A stretch of DNA of 64,000 nt, taken from Thermoplasmatota archaeon (GTDB taxonomy: Archaea; Thermoplasmatota; SW-10-69-26; JACQPN01; JAJPHT01). Within the stretch, counting starts at the first letter, position 1; each line of letters starts with the position of its first letter. The notes beneath the pieces are model-generated. The model had not been told where the DNA came from and ran no database searches. It saw only the letters and a list, made by a program, of their open reading frames with translations. Shown here piece after piece: positions 1-8,532 of this stretch. The stretch is from NCBI GenBank assembly GCA_035540375.1, contig DATLGO010000070.1, positions 2,416-66,415 of the forward strand. The letters run 5' to 3'. The translations under genes were made by a program, and so were the position numbers.

Positions 1-1
1 C

Positions 2-466
2 CGCGTCTACCCGCACGAGGTCCTCCGCGAGAACAAGCAGGCCTCGGGCGCCGGCGCCGACCGTGTGTCGCAGGGCATGCGCCGCTCGTTCGGCAAGGCC
101 GTCGGCGTCGCGGCGCGCCTCCAGCGCGGCCAGGAGCTCATGACGGCGCGCGTGCGCCCCGAGCACTGGCCCGCCGTGAAGGAAGCCTTCCGCAAGGCCA
201 ACATGAAGCTCCCCACGCCGACCCACCTCCAGCTCGAGAAGGGCGAGGACCAGGTCCGCCTGTTCCTCGAGGGCAAGATCAAGGCCGCGAAGGCCATCGC
301 CCCGCCCCCGAAGGAGAAGAAGGAGGAGGCCCCCGCCGCCGAGGGCGCGGCCCCCGCCGAGGGCGCGAAGCCCGACGCGAAGGGCGCCAAGCCCGACGCC
401 AAGGCGGGCGCGAAGCCCGAGGCGAAGCCCGCCGCGGGCGGCGACAAGAAGCCGGCCAAGAAGTAG
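2..466 (+). CDS. rpl10e: 50S ribosomal protein L10e (uL16), 5'-partial, with a Lys/Ala/Pro-rich C-terminal extension
   Basis: Open from the window edge. The segment ENKQASGAGADRVSQGMRRSFGKAVGVAARL matches the conserved archaeal/eukaryotic L10e core ([30 protein letters not shown]). The C-terminal ~60 aa is a KPDAK/KPEAK low-complexity tail. Confidence 0.7.
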   Translation, partial: RVYPHEVLRENKQASGAGADRVSQGMRRSFGKAVGVAARLQRGQELMTARVRPEHWPAVKEAFRKANMKLPTPTHLQLEKGEDQVRLFLEGKIKAAKAIAPPPKEKKEEAPAAEGAAPAEGAKPDAKGAKPDAKAGAKPEAKPAAGGDKKPAKK

Positions 467-469
467 GCC

Positions 470-512
470 CCTCGCGGCCGCTTAGGCCGCATCCTTTCTC
501 GGCCCGGGCTCC
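470..512 (+). terminator. Putative terminator: inverted repeat GCGGCCGCTTAGGCCGC followed by a pyrimidine/T-rich tract
   Basis: Perfect 6-bp stem (gcggcc / ggccgc) 10 nt after the rpl10e stop, then cctttctc and gttgtttcg T-rich runs. Archaeal terminators are oligo-T. Confidence 0.25.
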
Positions 513-558
513 GGCCCGGGCCTCCGTTGTTTCGACCTGCAGCCGTAGGCCTCTCCCC

Positions 559-1098
559 ATGACGGTTCCGTGTGACGTGGTGGATCACAAAGGGTTCGGG
601 CCCTTGCCGGTAAGCTTTTACCAGCGTGTGACTTCGAACGTCACGTTGCTGCCGACGCGTCTCGCCGAGTTCCAGACCGACCTCGCCGGCCGGCTTGTCC
701 TGGCCGACCAGCCCGGCCTCGAGGTCCGGAACCTGCGCGACCGGTACGGCTTCAAGCAGGAGTGGCTCGCCGAGCGCCTCGGGCTGAGGCGCGAGAGCCT
801 GTCGCGCATCGAGAGCGGGCATGTCGCGCCCTCGGTCGGGTTCATCCAGCGCTTCACGCGCGTGATGACGCTCGCCCGCGGCGTGCGCGAGCATCTCGCC
901 TCGCTCGAGATGCGCAACGCTCCGCGGGCGGCCCCCGGCGCCGCGGAAGCGGAGATGGACGCGCTCGGCCTCGCGCTGAGGCTCGACCCCGAGACGGCGG
1001 GCGAGATCATCGCGCGGGCGACCGAGTCCTACGAAGAGAAGCGCAAGGCGGCGGTGGAGTCCCTCAGGGCCCCGGCCGGCGCGCGCAAGGAGCGATGA
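559..1098 (+). CDS. XRE-family helix-turn-helix transcriptional regulator
   Basis: HTH core LRDRYGFKQEWLAERLGLRRESLSRIESG. Its stop overlaps the ppsA start (ATGA at 1095-1098), implying translational coupling. Confidence 0.6.
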   Translation: MTVPCDVVDHKGFGPLPVSFYQRVTSNVTLLPTRLAEFQTDLAGRLVLADQPGLEVRNLRDRYGFKQEWLAERLGLRRESLSRIESGHVAPSVGFIQRFTRVMTLARGVREHLASLEMRNAPRAAPGAAEAEMDALGLALRLDPETAGEIIARATESYEEKRKAAVESLRAPAGARKER

Positions 1099-3407
1099 CG
1101 ATGACGAAGCAGAACGTGGTGTGGGCGACGACGATCGGACGAGACGACCTCGAGCTCGTGGGCGGCAAGGGCGCGAACCTGGGCGAGATGATCCAGATCG
1201 GCCTGCCGGTGCCGCCCGCCTTCGTGGTGACCGCGCCGGCCTTCCGGCGCTTCCTCGAGGAGACGGGGCTCGGTCAGAAAATCTTCCCCATCCTCGCCGC
1301 GCTCAACGTGGACGACAACAAGTCGTTGCAGGCCGCCTCGGACCAGGTCCGCAAGCTCGTCCTCGAGACGAAGATGCCCGAGAAGCTCGCGCGGGAGATC
1401 GCGGACGCGTACCGCTCGCTCGCCAAGGCCGAGAAGGAGGAGCGTCCCCTCGTCGCCGTCCGCTCCTCGGCGACCGCGGAGGACCTTCCCGAAGCCTCGT
1501 TCGCCGGCCAGCAGGACACCTACCTCAACATCCGCGGCGAGGAGAGCCTTGTCGAGCACGTCCGCCGCTGCTGGGCCTCGCTCTACACGCCGCGCGCCAC
1601 GTTCTACCGCACGAAGCACGACTTCGTCCACGAGAAGGTCGCGATCGCGGTCGTCGTGCAGAAGATGGCCGACGCCGCGAAGGCCGGCGTCATGTTCACG
1701 CGCCACCCGACCACCGGCGAGCACCAGATCATCGTCGAGGCCGCGTGGGGCCTCGGCGAAGGCGTCGTGTCGGGCTCCGTGAGCCCCGACCACTACGTCC
1801 TCGCGCCCGACGGCAAGGCCTCGACGGTGCACGTCGCGGTCAAGGAGTCGCAGCACGTCCGCGGCAAGGACGACCGCACGGTCGTCGAGGCGGTCCCGAA
1901 GGACAAGCGCGAGGCGCGCGTGCTTTCCGACGCCGAGCTCAAGCAGCTCGCGGGCCTCGCGCGCACCGTCGAGCAGCACTACGGCTCGCCGCAGGACGTC
2001 GAGTGGGCCTTCGGCAAGGACGGCAACCTCTACGTGCTCCAGGCGAGGCCGATCACGACGATCAAGGGCAAGGACGCGAAGGGCGCGAAGCCCGCGGCGG
2101 GCGGCGACGCGAAAAGCGCGACCGCGGTCCTTCTTGCGGGCCTCGGCGCCTCGCCCGGCATCGCCTCCGGCAAGGTGGCGCGCGTCGATTCCACCGACGA
2201 TCTCGATCAGTGCGGCCAGGGGGACATCCTCGTGACGGCCATGACGACGCCCGACATGGTGCCCGCGATGCGTCGCGCCGCGGCCATCGTCACGGACGAG
2301 GGCGGCATGACATGCCACGCGGCCATCGTCTCCCGCGAGCTCGGCGTCCCCGCCGTCGTCGGCACCAAGACGGCGACGAAGACGCTCAAGGCCGGCCACG
2401 TGATCACCGTCGACGGCGACAAGGGCCAGGTGTTCGAGGGCGCGACGAAGGCCGCCGCGAAGGCCGCCTCGCAGCCCGCCGCGGGTCCCGCCGTCGCGGC
2501 CGCCGCGAAGCCCCTCACGGCGACCCAGGTGAAGGTCAACATCAGCATGCCCGAGGCCATCGAGCGCGCGATGAAGACGGATCCCGACGGCGTGGGTCTC
2601 CTGAGGGTCGAGCACATCGTGCTCGGTCTCGGCAAGCACCCGCTCTCGCTCATCCGCGGCGGACGCGAGGACGAGTACGTCAAGTACCTCGTCGAGAGCA
2701 TCAAGGTGGTCGCGGAGCCGATGTTCCCGCGCACCGTCTGGGTCCGCACGCTCGACGCGCCGACGGACGAGTTCCGCGCGATGGAGGGCGGCGGCGACGA
2801 GCCGCACGAGCACAACCCCATGCTCGGCTGGCGCGGCATCCGGCGCTCGATCGACCAGCCCGACCTCGTGAAGGCCGAATTCAAGGCGATCAAGAAGCTC
2901 ATCGACGAGGGGTTCACGAACATCGGCGTCATGCTCCCGCTCGTGGGCCGTCCCGAGGAGATCCGGGACGCAAAGAGGCTCATGCGCGAGGTGGGCCTCG
3001 AGCCGCACCGCGACTGCGAATTCGGGATCATGATCGAGATCCCGGCCGCGGCCCTCATCATCGACGATCTCCTCGACGAAGGTCTCGACTTCGTGAGCTT
3101 CGGCACGAACGACCTCACCCAGTACACGCTCGCCGTGGACCGCAACAACGAGAACGTCGCGAAGCTCTACAGCGAGTTCCATCCCGCGATCGGCAAGCTC
3201 ATCCAGATGACCATCGAGGCGGCCCGGAAGCGCGGCGTGCAGACCTCGATCTGCGGGCAGGCGGGATCGAACCCGAAATTCGTCGAGAAGCTCATCGGGT
3301 GGGGCATCACGTCCGTTTCCGCGAACATCGACGCTCTCCCGCGGGTGCGGGAGATGATCGCCCGGACGGAGCGCAAGATCCTCCTCGACCGCTCCCGATC
3401 GGGGTGA
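1095..3407 (+). CDS. ppsA: Phosphoenolpyruvate synthase (pyruvate, water dikinase)
   Basis: Full-length match to PEP synthase architecture: N-terminal ATP-grasp (GGKGANLGEM), mobile phosphohistidine domain (GGMTCHAAIVSRELGVPAVVG) and a C-terminal PEP-utilising TIM barrel. The tool ORF starts at 762, but MTMTKQ at 1095 gives a canonical ~770 aa. There is an inserted Lys/Ala-rich linker (KGKDAKGAKPAAGGDAKSA). Confidence 0.9.
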   Translation: MTMTKQNVVWATTIGRDDLELVGGKGANLGEMIQIGLPVPPAFVVTAPAFRRFLEETGLGQKIFPILAALNVDDNKSLQAASDQVRKLVLETKMPEKLAREIADAYRSLAKAEKEERPLVAVRSSATAEDLPEASFAGQQDTYLNIRGEESLVEHVRRCWASLYTPRATFYRTKHDFVHEKVAIAVVVQKMADAAKAGVMFTRHPTTGEHQIIVEAAWGLGEGVVSGSVSPDHYVLAPDGKASTVHVAVKESQHVRGKDDRTVVEAVPKDKREARVLSDAELKQLAGLARTVEQHYGSPQDVEWAFGKDGNLYVLQARPITTIKGKDAKGAKPAAGGDAKSATAVLLAGLGASPGIASGKVARVDSTDDLDQCGQGDILVTAMTTPDMVPAMRRAAAIVTDEGGMTCHAAIVSRELGVPAVVGTKTATKTLKAGHVITVDGDKGQVFEGATKAAAKAASQPAAGPAVAAAAKPLTATQVKVNISMPEAIERAMKTDPDGVGLLRVEHIVLGLGKHPLSLIRGGREDEYVKYLVESIKVVAEPMFPRTVWVRTLDAPTDEFRAMEGGGDEPHEHNPMLGWRGIRRSIDQPDLVKAEFKAIKKLIDEGFTNIGVMLPLVGRPEEIRDAKRLMREVGLEPHRDCEFGIMIEIPAAALIIDDLLDEGLDFVSFGTNDLTQYTLAVDRNNENVAKLYSEFHPAIGKLIQMTIEAARKRGVQTSICGQAGSNPKFVEKLIGWGITSVSANIDALPRVREMIARTERKILLDRSRSG

Positions 3408-3458
3408 GGCGCGACCGATCCCGGAAAGGATCAAAACAGACGGGGTCGCTCGGGGTCC

Positions 3459-4193
3459 ATGCACCGGGCCCTCGTCCTCGCGCTCGTCCTCGCCCTGCCG
3501 ACCGTCCTCGCAGCCGGCTACAAGCCGGTGGACGAGGTGATGGATCCCGCGCGCGACATCGGGATCTACCGCAACGTCATCCTCACGCCGGTCGACTCGA
3601 TCGACATCGTCCATGCGCGGCTCGAACGGTCGGAGCAGGGCATCACGGGGGCGACGGTGCGCGTGGTCGACCTCGACCGGCGAGGCGTCGAGGACGTCCT
3701 CTTCGTCCACCGAACGCACGCCGCGCGTCCGACCGGGATTCTCGCGCTCCTCGAGGAGGACGGTCGCCCCGTCCTCCTCGTCATGCTCGCCGCCTCCGTC
3801 GAGCCCGCCCTCGACGGATTCTCGCGCGGTTACCTCGCGGTCCGGATCGAGGACTCGGGCCGGTTCACGTTCCTCAACGCGACAGGCTTCCACGATGGCG
3901 TGACGGATGCGGTCGGGATCCGCCTCAAGGAGGCCGTCCGGGGCGAGATCGTCTTCTTCGGCGTCCTCTCCGCCCTTCTGGGTTGCGACAGCGTGGACGC
4001 CTGCGAGTCCCCGACCGCGGTCGTGAGCCTGGACATCGCCCCCGACGGCGGCGAAAACTGGATCGCCACGGTGATCCCGTCGAAGTCCTTCGCGGACATC
4101 TTCCCGGAAGACGACGGCTCGATGATGGGGACCTTCCGGGCTGTCTATGCGGCTTTGCAGGACGCGCAGGACGTCGCTCGCGAGGGGCCTTAG
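3459..4193 (+). CDS. Secreted hypothetical protein
   Basis: N-terminal signal peptide MHRALVLALVLALPTVLAAG. No recognisable domain. Codon usage is consistent with neighbours. Confidence 0.45.
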   Translation: MHRALVLALVLALPTVLAAGYKPVDEVMDPARDIGIYRNVILTPVDSIDIVHARLERSEQGITGATVRVVDLDRRGVEDVLFVHRTHAARPTGILALLEEDGRPVLLVMLAASVEPALDGFSRGYLAVRIEDSGRFTFLNATGFHDGVTDAVGIRLKEAVRGEIVFFGVLSALLGCDSVDACESPTAVVSLDIAPDGGENWIATVIPSKSFADIFPEDDGSMMGTFRAVYAALQDAQDVAREGP

Positions 4194-4217
4194 CGCGACG
4201 TCGCCCCCGCAAAGGCC

Positions 4218-5105
4218 TTGACCCGCCCTTGCCATGGCCGCCCGATGCGTCGGGTCCCCCTCGCGCTCGCCCTCGCGCTCGCGCTCCTCGCGCCCGCGAC
4301 GGCGGGCTGCATCGCGCGCCTCGCGGAGGTCGCCGACACGAAGCCTCTCGCCGAGATCCCCGACGAGGAGCGCAGCCGCTACCCGCCTCCCGGGACGACC
4401 CCCACCGGGTCCCCGGGGAACCGGCCGCCCGTCGCCGCGATCGCGGTCGAGGGGCCCGCGGGCCCGCGCGGGCTCCCGCGCGACCTGTTCGCGCTCGATG
4501 CCACGGGGTCGGGCGACCGCGACGGGACGATCGCCCGGTACGACTGGCGGGTCCTCGAGGGGGACACGGTGGTCCTGAGCTCGGATCGCCCGCGCGTCGA
4601 GGGCGTCACGTTCCCCCAGCCCGGCGTTCGGGTGGTGCGTCTCACGGTCACGGACGACGACGGCGCGACCGCGACGGCGCAATCGACGCTCCACGTCGAC
4701 GCGCGGCACGACTACAAGGGCGAACCCGTGTGGCAACTCGTCACCGGCCCCTCCGCGAAATGGGCGAACCACACCGTGCCCTCGGGCCCCGACGGCCGCG
4801 CGCTCGCGCTCCGGCTCGCGCTCGGCGAGCGGCTCTCGGCCGCGGTCGAGGTGCTCGGCCCCGACGGCGCCGTCCTCGCGTCGGGCGAGACGGCCTCGGG
4901 CGCGAACGAGCTCGTGCTCCTCGTCGCCGCGCTCGCGGGGGGCGACCCCGTCGTCCGGTTGAAGATCACGCACGCGCCGGAGACGGTCGCGGGCACGCCG
5001 GTCCCCGTGCCGGCGGCGGAGCACCGCGGACGCTACGACCTCGCGGTGCGCGTCTACCAGGGCGCCTCGCCCGCGATCGAGGACCTCCGGCCGCCCGCGA
5101 AGTGA
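4218..5105 (+). CDS. Lipoprotein with a PKD domain
   Basis: Lipobox LAPATAGC after a basic N-region. PKD-like signature FALDATGSGDRDGTIARYDW...RLTVTDDDGATATA. Confidence 0.55.
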   Translation: MTRPCHGRPMRRVPLALALALALLAPATAGCIARLAEVADTKPLAEIPDEERSRYPPPGTTPTGSPGNRPPVAAIAVEGPAGPRGLPRDLFALDATGSGDRDGTIARYDWRVLEGDTVVLSSDRPRVEGVTFPQPGVRVVRLTVTDDDGATATAQSTLHVDARHDYKGEPVWQLVTGPSAKWANHTVPSGPDGRALALRLALGERLSAAVEVLGPDGAVLASGETASGANELVLLVAALAGGDPVVRLKITHAPETVAGTPVPVPAAEHRGRYDLAVRVYQGASPAIEDLRPPAK

Positions 5106-5747
5106 TCACGCGAGGCGTCCCGCCTCGAGCCGCCACGTCGCGTCCGCGAGGCGCTTCGCCTCGTCGGCGTCGTGCGTGACCCAGATCGCGGCGACGCCTT
5201 CGCGCGCGAGAAGCTTCTTCACGCGCTCGCCGAGCGAGACGCGCAGGTCGCGGTCGAGCGCGCTCAGCGGCTCGTCGAGCAGCACCGCGCGCGGCGCGGC
5301 CGCGAGGGCGCGGGCGAGGGCGACGCGCTGGCGCTCGCCGCCCGAGAGCGCGTCGACGCCGCGGCGACCCTTGTCCTCGAGCCCGACGAGCGCAAGGAGG
5401 CGCCGCGCCTCCTCCGGCTCGTCCCGGCGCGCAAGGCCGCGGTAGCGCATGCCGAAGCGGACGTTGCGTTCCACGTCGAGGTGCGGGAAGAGCGCGGGCT
5501 CCTGGAACAGGAAGCCGATCCGGCGCGCGTGCGCCGGAACGGCGTCGAGCGGCGCGCCGTCCCACAGGACGCTGCCTGTATATCCGGTCTCGAGACCCGC
5601 GATGCAGCGCAGGAGGGTCGTCTTGCCCGCGCCGCTCGCCCCGAGCACGAAAGCGCTGCGTCCGCGCGGCACCTCGAACGCGACGCCGTCGAGGAGCCGA
5701 GGGGCGCCCGGGTGCGCGAACGCGAGGTCGCGGACCGCGAGCGTCAC
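5106..5747 (-). CDS. thiQ: ABC transporter ATP-binding protein (ThiQ-like, no TOBE domain)
   Basis: Walker A GASGAGKTT, signature LSGGERQRV, Walker B LLDEP, H-loop. It is 213 aa with a GTG start overlapping the permease stop (GTGA at 5744-5747). Its short length favours ThiQ over FbpC. Confidence 0.7.
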   Translation of the reverse strand: MTLAVRDLAFAHPGAPRLLDGVAFEVPRGRSAFVLGASGAGKTTLLRCIAGLETGYTGSVLWDGAPLDAVPAHARRIGFLFQEPALFPHLDVERNVRFGMRYRGLARRDEPEEARRLLALVGLEDKGRRGVDALSGGERQRVALARALAAAPRAVLLDEPLSALDRDLRVSLGERVKKLLAREGVAAIWVTHDADEAKRLADATWRLEAGRLA

Positions 5748-7327
5748 GCGTCGCCCTCCGCGCGGAAGCGTTCGGCGACGAGGAACGCGGCGATCGTGAG
5801 GAGCATCAGGACCGCGGTGAGCGCCATCGATTGCGCGCGCAAAATCGGATCGAAGCTTCCGAGGCCGCCGTGGCGCGCGATCCACACGCTGAGCGACATG
5901 GTGTCCGGCCTCATGAGGATGAGGCTCGCGCCGAAATCGCCGAGCGAGAACGCCGCGGCGAGACCGCCCGCGACGGCGAGCGGCGCCCTGAGGAGCGGCA
6001 GGTGGATGCGGCGCGCGACCTCCGAGGGCTTCGCGCCGAGGACGGCCGCCGCGTCGTCGAGCCGGCGGTCGTGCGCGTCGAGGGCAGGGACGAGCGCGCG
6101 CGCCGCGAACGGGAACGCGACGAGCGTGTGCGCGAGGAGCACGACAGCGTACGTGCCGCGGAGATCGGGCGTCCCGCCGACGCCGAAGGCGAGCGCGTAG
6201 CCGAGGCCGAGGAGCACGCTCGAGGTTCCGAGGGGCAGCGTCGCCGCGGCCTCGACGAGGGCGCGTGTCGCGCCGCGCGAGCGCGCCAGGCCGTAGGCGA
6301 GGAGCGCCGCGAGGGCGAGGGCCAGGAAGGCCGTCGCGAGCGCGTAGCCGATGGAGAGCCCCAGCGCGAGGCCGAGGTCGAAGCCGCCGAGGTGGGACGG
6401 GTGGGCGCGGTCCGCGAGCGCGCGCCAGGCCTCGAGGGTCCACGCGCCGCGGACGCGGAAGGCGCCGACGAGCACGGCCGCGGGGGGCGCAAGCGCCACC
6501 CCGAGCGCCGCAATCGAGAGGGTCATCGCGGCGAATCCCGCGCGGGGCGCCGGCCGCGGCGCCTCGCGGGGCGTGCGCGCGGCGCGGCGCGCAAGCGCGA
6601 CGTAGACGAGCAGGAGAACGAGGTTGAGGCCGAGCTGGAGCGCGCCGAGCGCCGCCGCGCGGCCGGTGGTCGGGAACGAGCCCGCGAGGTTTTCGTAGAT
6701 GAGCGTGTCGAGGGTCGAGACGCGACCGTCCCCGAGGAAGAGGACGACGCCGAAGCTCGTGAACGAGAAGAGAAAGACGAGGAGGGCCACGGCGCCCGCC
6801 GCGGGCGCAAGGAGCGGGAGCGTCGTGCGGAGGCCGGCCGCGAGGGGAGGCGCGCCGAGGACGCGCGCGGCGTCCTCGAGGCGGCGCGGGCGGCGCTCGA
6901 GCGCGGCGTGGAGGAGGCGCGCGGCGAATCCATAGTTGTAGTACGCGTGCGCGAGCACCACCGCCCCGAGCGGTCCGAACACGCGCAGGTGGTCGCCGAG
7001 GAGCGCCTGGAGCCCGAAGACGACGACGAACACGGGAAGAACGAAGGGGGCGGCATGGACCGCGAGCTGAAGGCGCGAGAACGGGACGCGGCGCGCGTGG
7101 TGGAGCCACGCGAGCGGGACCGCGACGGCGAGCGTCAGCGCGACGGATGCGAGGGCTTGCCCGAAGGCGAGGGCGAGCCGGCTCGAGACGAACGGGGAGG
7201 TCGCGATCCACGCCCACGCGGACGCATCGCCCGCCGCCCGCGCGAGGACGGCGGCGAGCGGAAGCGCGAAGAACGCTGCGAGGACCGCGAGCGGGGCCGC
7301 AAGGAGCGGCCACGCGCGGCGTCTCAT
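5744..7327 (-). CDS. thiP: ABC transporter fused double permease (ThiP/FbpB type)
   Basis: Two tandem 6-TM permease halves in one polypeptide, as in ThiP/FbpB. The start at 7327 forms an ATGA overlap with the upstream binding-protein stop. Confidence 0.7.
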   Translation of the reverse strand: MRRRAWPLLAAPLAVLAAFFALPLAAVLARAAGDASAWAWIATSPFVSSRLALAFGQALASVALTLAVAVPLAWLHHARRVPFSRLQLAVHAAPFVLPVFVVVFGLQALLGDHLRVFGPLGAVVLAHAYYNYGFAARLLHAALERRPRRLEDAARVLGAPPLAAGLRTTLPLLAPAAGAVALLVFLFSFTSFGVVLFLGDGRVSTLDTLIYENLAGSFPTTGRAAALGALQLGLNLVLLLVYVALARRAARTPREAPRPAPRAGFAAMTLSIAALGVALAPPAAVLVGAFRVRGAWTLEAWRALADRAHPSHLGGFDLGLALGLSIGYALATAFLALALAALLAYGLARSRGATRALVEAAATLPLGTSSVLLGLGYALAFGVGGTPDLRGTYAVVLLAHTLVAFPFAARALVPALDAHDRRLDDAAAVLGAKPSEVARRIHLPLLRAPLAVAGGLAAAFSLGDFGASLILMRPDTMSLSVWIARHGGLGSFDPILRAQSMALTAVLMLLTIAAFLVAERFRAEGDA

Positions 7328-8472
7328 GCCGACGCCCTGTGGCGCTCGTAGAGGTCCGTCCACGCGCGGACCCAGCCTTCCACCTTCGCGTCGAGCGTCG
7401 CGACGTCGAAGGGCGCGGGCTGGAACGTGCCCGGCGCGGGGTCACGGCCCGCGAAGACGCTCTCCACGGAAACGCTGCGCGCGACCGGGTAGATGGCCTC
7501 CTGCTCCGCGAGCGTCGCCTGGAACGCGTCGGTGAGGGTGAATTCGATCCACGCCTCGGCCGCGGCGAGGTTCTTCGTGCCGTTCGCGACGCCCATGGTC
7601 TGGATCTGGTGGAAGGTGGCGTTCGGCGCGAGGACGTTCGCGTTCAGCGTATCGTAGCCGTAGTACATCTCGTAGGCCGGGCTCGTCGTGTAGCTCGTCA
7701 CGATCGGGCGGTCGACGCGCGCGCCCGTCTCCCACTGTCCGTAGCCTCCCGTGAAGTGGTTCACGTACGCGTCGGTCCAGCTCGAGGTCACGAGGACGCC
7801 CCCGTCGAAGAGATCTTTCCAATAGTCGAGGTAATCGTCGTCGTCGTCCTCGCCGTAGACGCCGACGGTCGCGATGAGAAAGCCGAGGCCCGGCGTCGAG
7901 GTGCGCGGGTCCTCGGTCACGAACCGGTCGGCGTGCGCGCGCACGTCGTCGAGCGTCTCGATCGTGAGGTTCGCGCGCGGGTCCACGTTCACCGCGATGT
8001 AGCCGTGCGAAACGGGGGTCGCGGGCCACTTCGGGCCGAGCGCGAAGGCGGGGTCGATGCGCGAGGCGAGCGTGGGCTCGTAGGCGCGGAAGACGCCGTC
8101 CCGCGTCGCGCGGCCGAGGAGGACGTTGTCGATGCCGTAGATGACGTCGAAGCTCGGCGCGCCGCGCTCGAGCGTCGCGCGCTGGAGCACGCGGCCCGTG
8201 TCCTCCTCCGTGATGAGGACGGCCGTGCCGTTCGTGAGGTTCGTGAACTGGGCGGCGAGCTTGTTGAAGCTCGACCGGAAGGCGTCGTAGGAGAGGATCG
8301 TGACCCTCGCGCCCTCGAGGTCGGGCCAGTGCGTGCCGTTGAAGCCCATCGCGCGGTAGGCGCCCGCGGGCGTCTCGTCGCGGGGGCCGGCGGGTTCAGG
8401 CAGGACGCAGCCCGCAAGGGCGCTTGCGGTCAGGAGGGCGATGACGAAGAGCGGGTTTCGCATGGAGATCAC
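7324..8472 (-). CDS. thiB: Thiamine/iron(III)-family periplasmic substrate-binding lipoprotein
   Basis: Lipobox LAGC. Similar in length and fold family to ThiB/FbpA solute-binding proteins. It is the first gene of the binding-protein, permease, ATPase operon. Confidence 0.6.
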   Translation of the reverse strand: MISMRNPLFVIALLTASALAGCVLPEPAGPRDETPAGAYRAMGFNGTHWPDLEGARVTILSYDAFRSSFNKLAAQFTNLTNGTAVLITEEDTGRVLQRATLERGAPSFDVIYGIDNVLLGRATRDGVFRAYEPTLASRIDPAFALGPKWPATPVSHGYIAVNVDPRANLTIETLDDVRAHADRFVTEDPRTSTPGLGFLIATVGVYGEDDDDDYLDYWKDLFDGGVLVTSSWTDAYVNHFTGGYGQWETGARVDRPIVTSYTTSPAYEMYYGYDTLNANVLAPNATFHQIQTMGVANGTKNLAAAEAWIEFTLTDAFQATLAEQEAIYPVARSVSVESVFAGRDPAPGTFQPAPFDVATLDAKVEGWVRAWTDLYERHRASA

Positions 8473-8532
8473 CGGCTATCTGGTCAACCTGGTCTTAGAA
8501 CCGGGTTGAACGCGGATGGCGCGAACCCCATT

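Noticed and set aside
762-1094. N-terminal 111 codons of the tool ORF for ppsA
   Set aside because: Arg-rich and out of character. MTMTKQ at 1095 gives a canonical PEP synthase N-terminus and an ATGA overlap with the upstream regulator.
1029-5179. Two overlapping ORFs of more than 1300 aa (1029..5024 minus and 1121..5179 plus)
   Set aside because: Arg/Gly/Ala/Pro-rich translations antisense or out of frame to ppsA and neighbours. These are typical high-GC stop-free artefacts, with no domain or family motifs.
8473-8532. TPP riboswitch upstream of the thiB-like gene
   Set aside because: Only 60 nt are available, and there is no CUGAGA / ACCCUGAUCUGG aptamer core.
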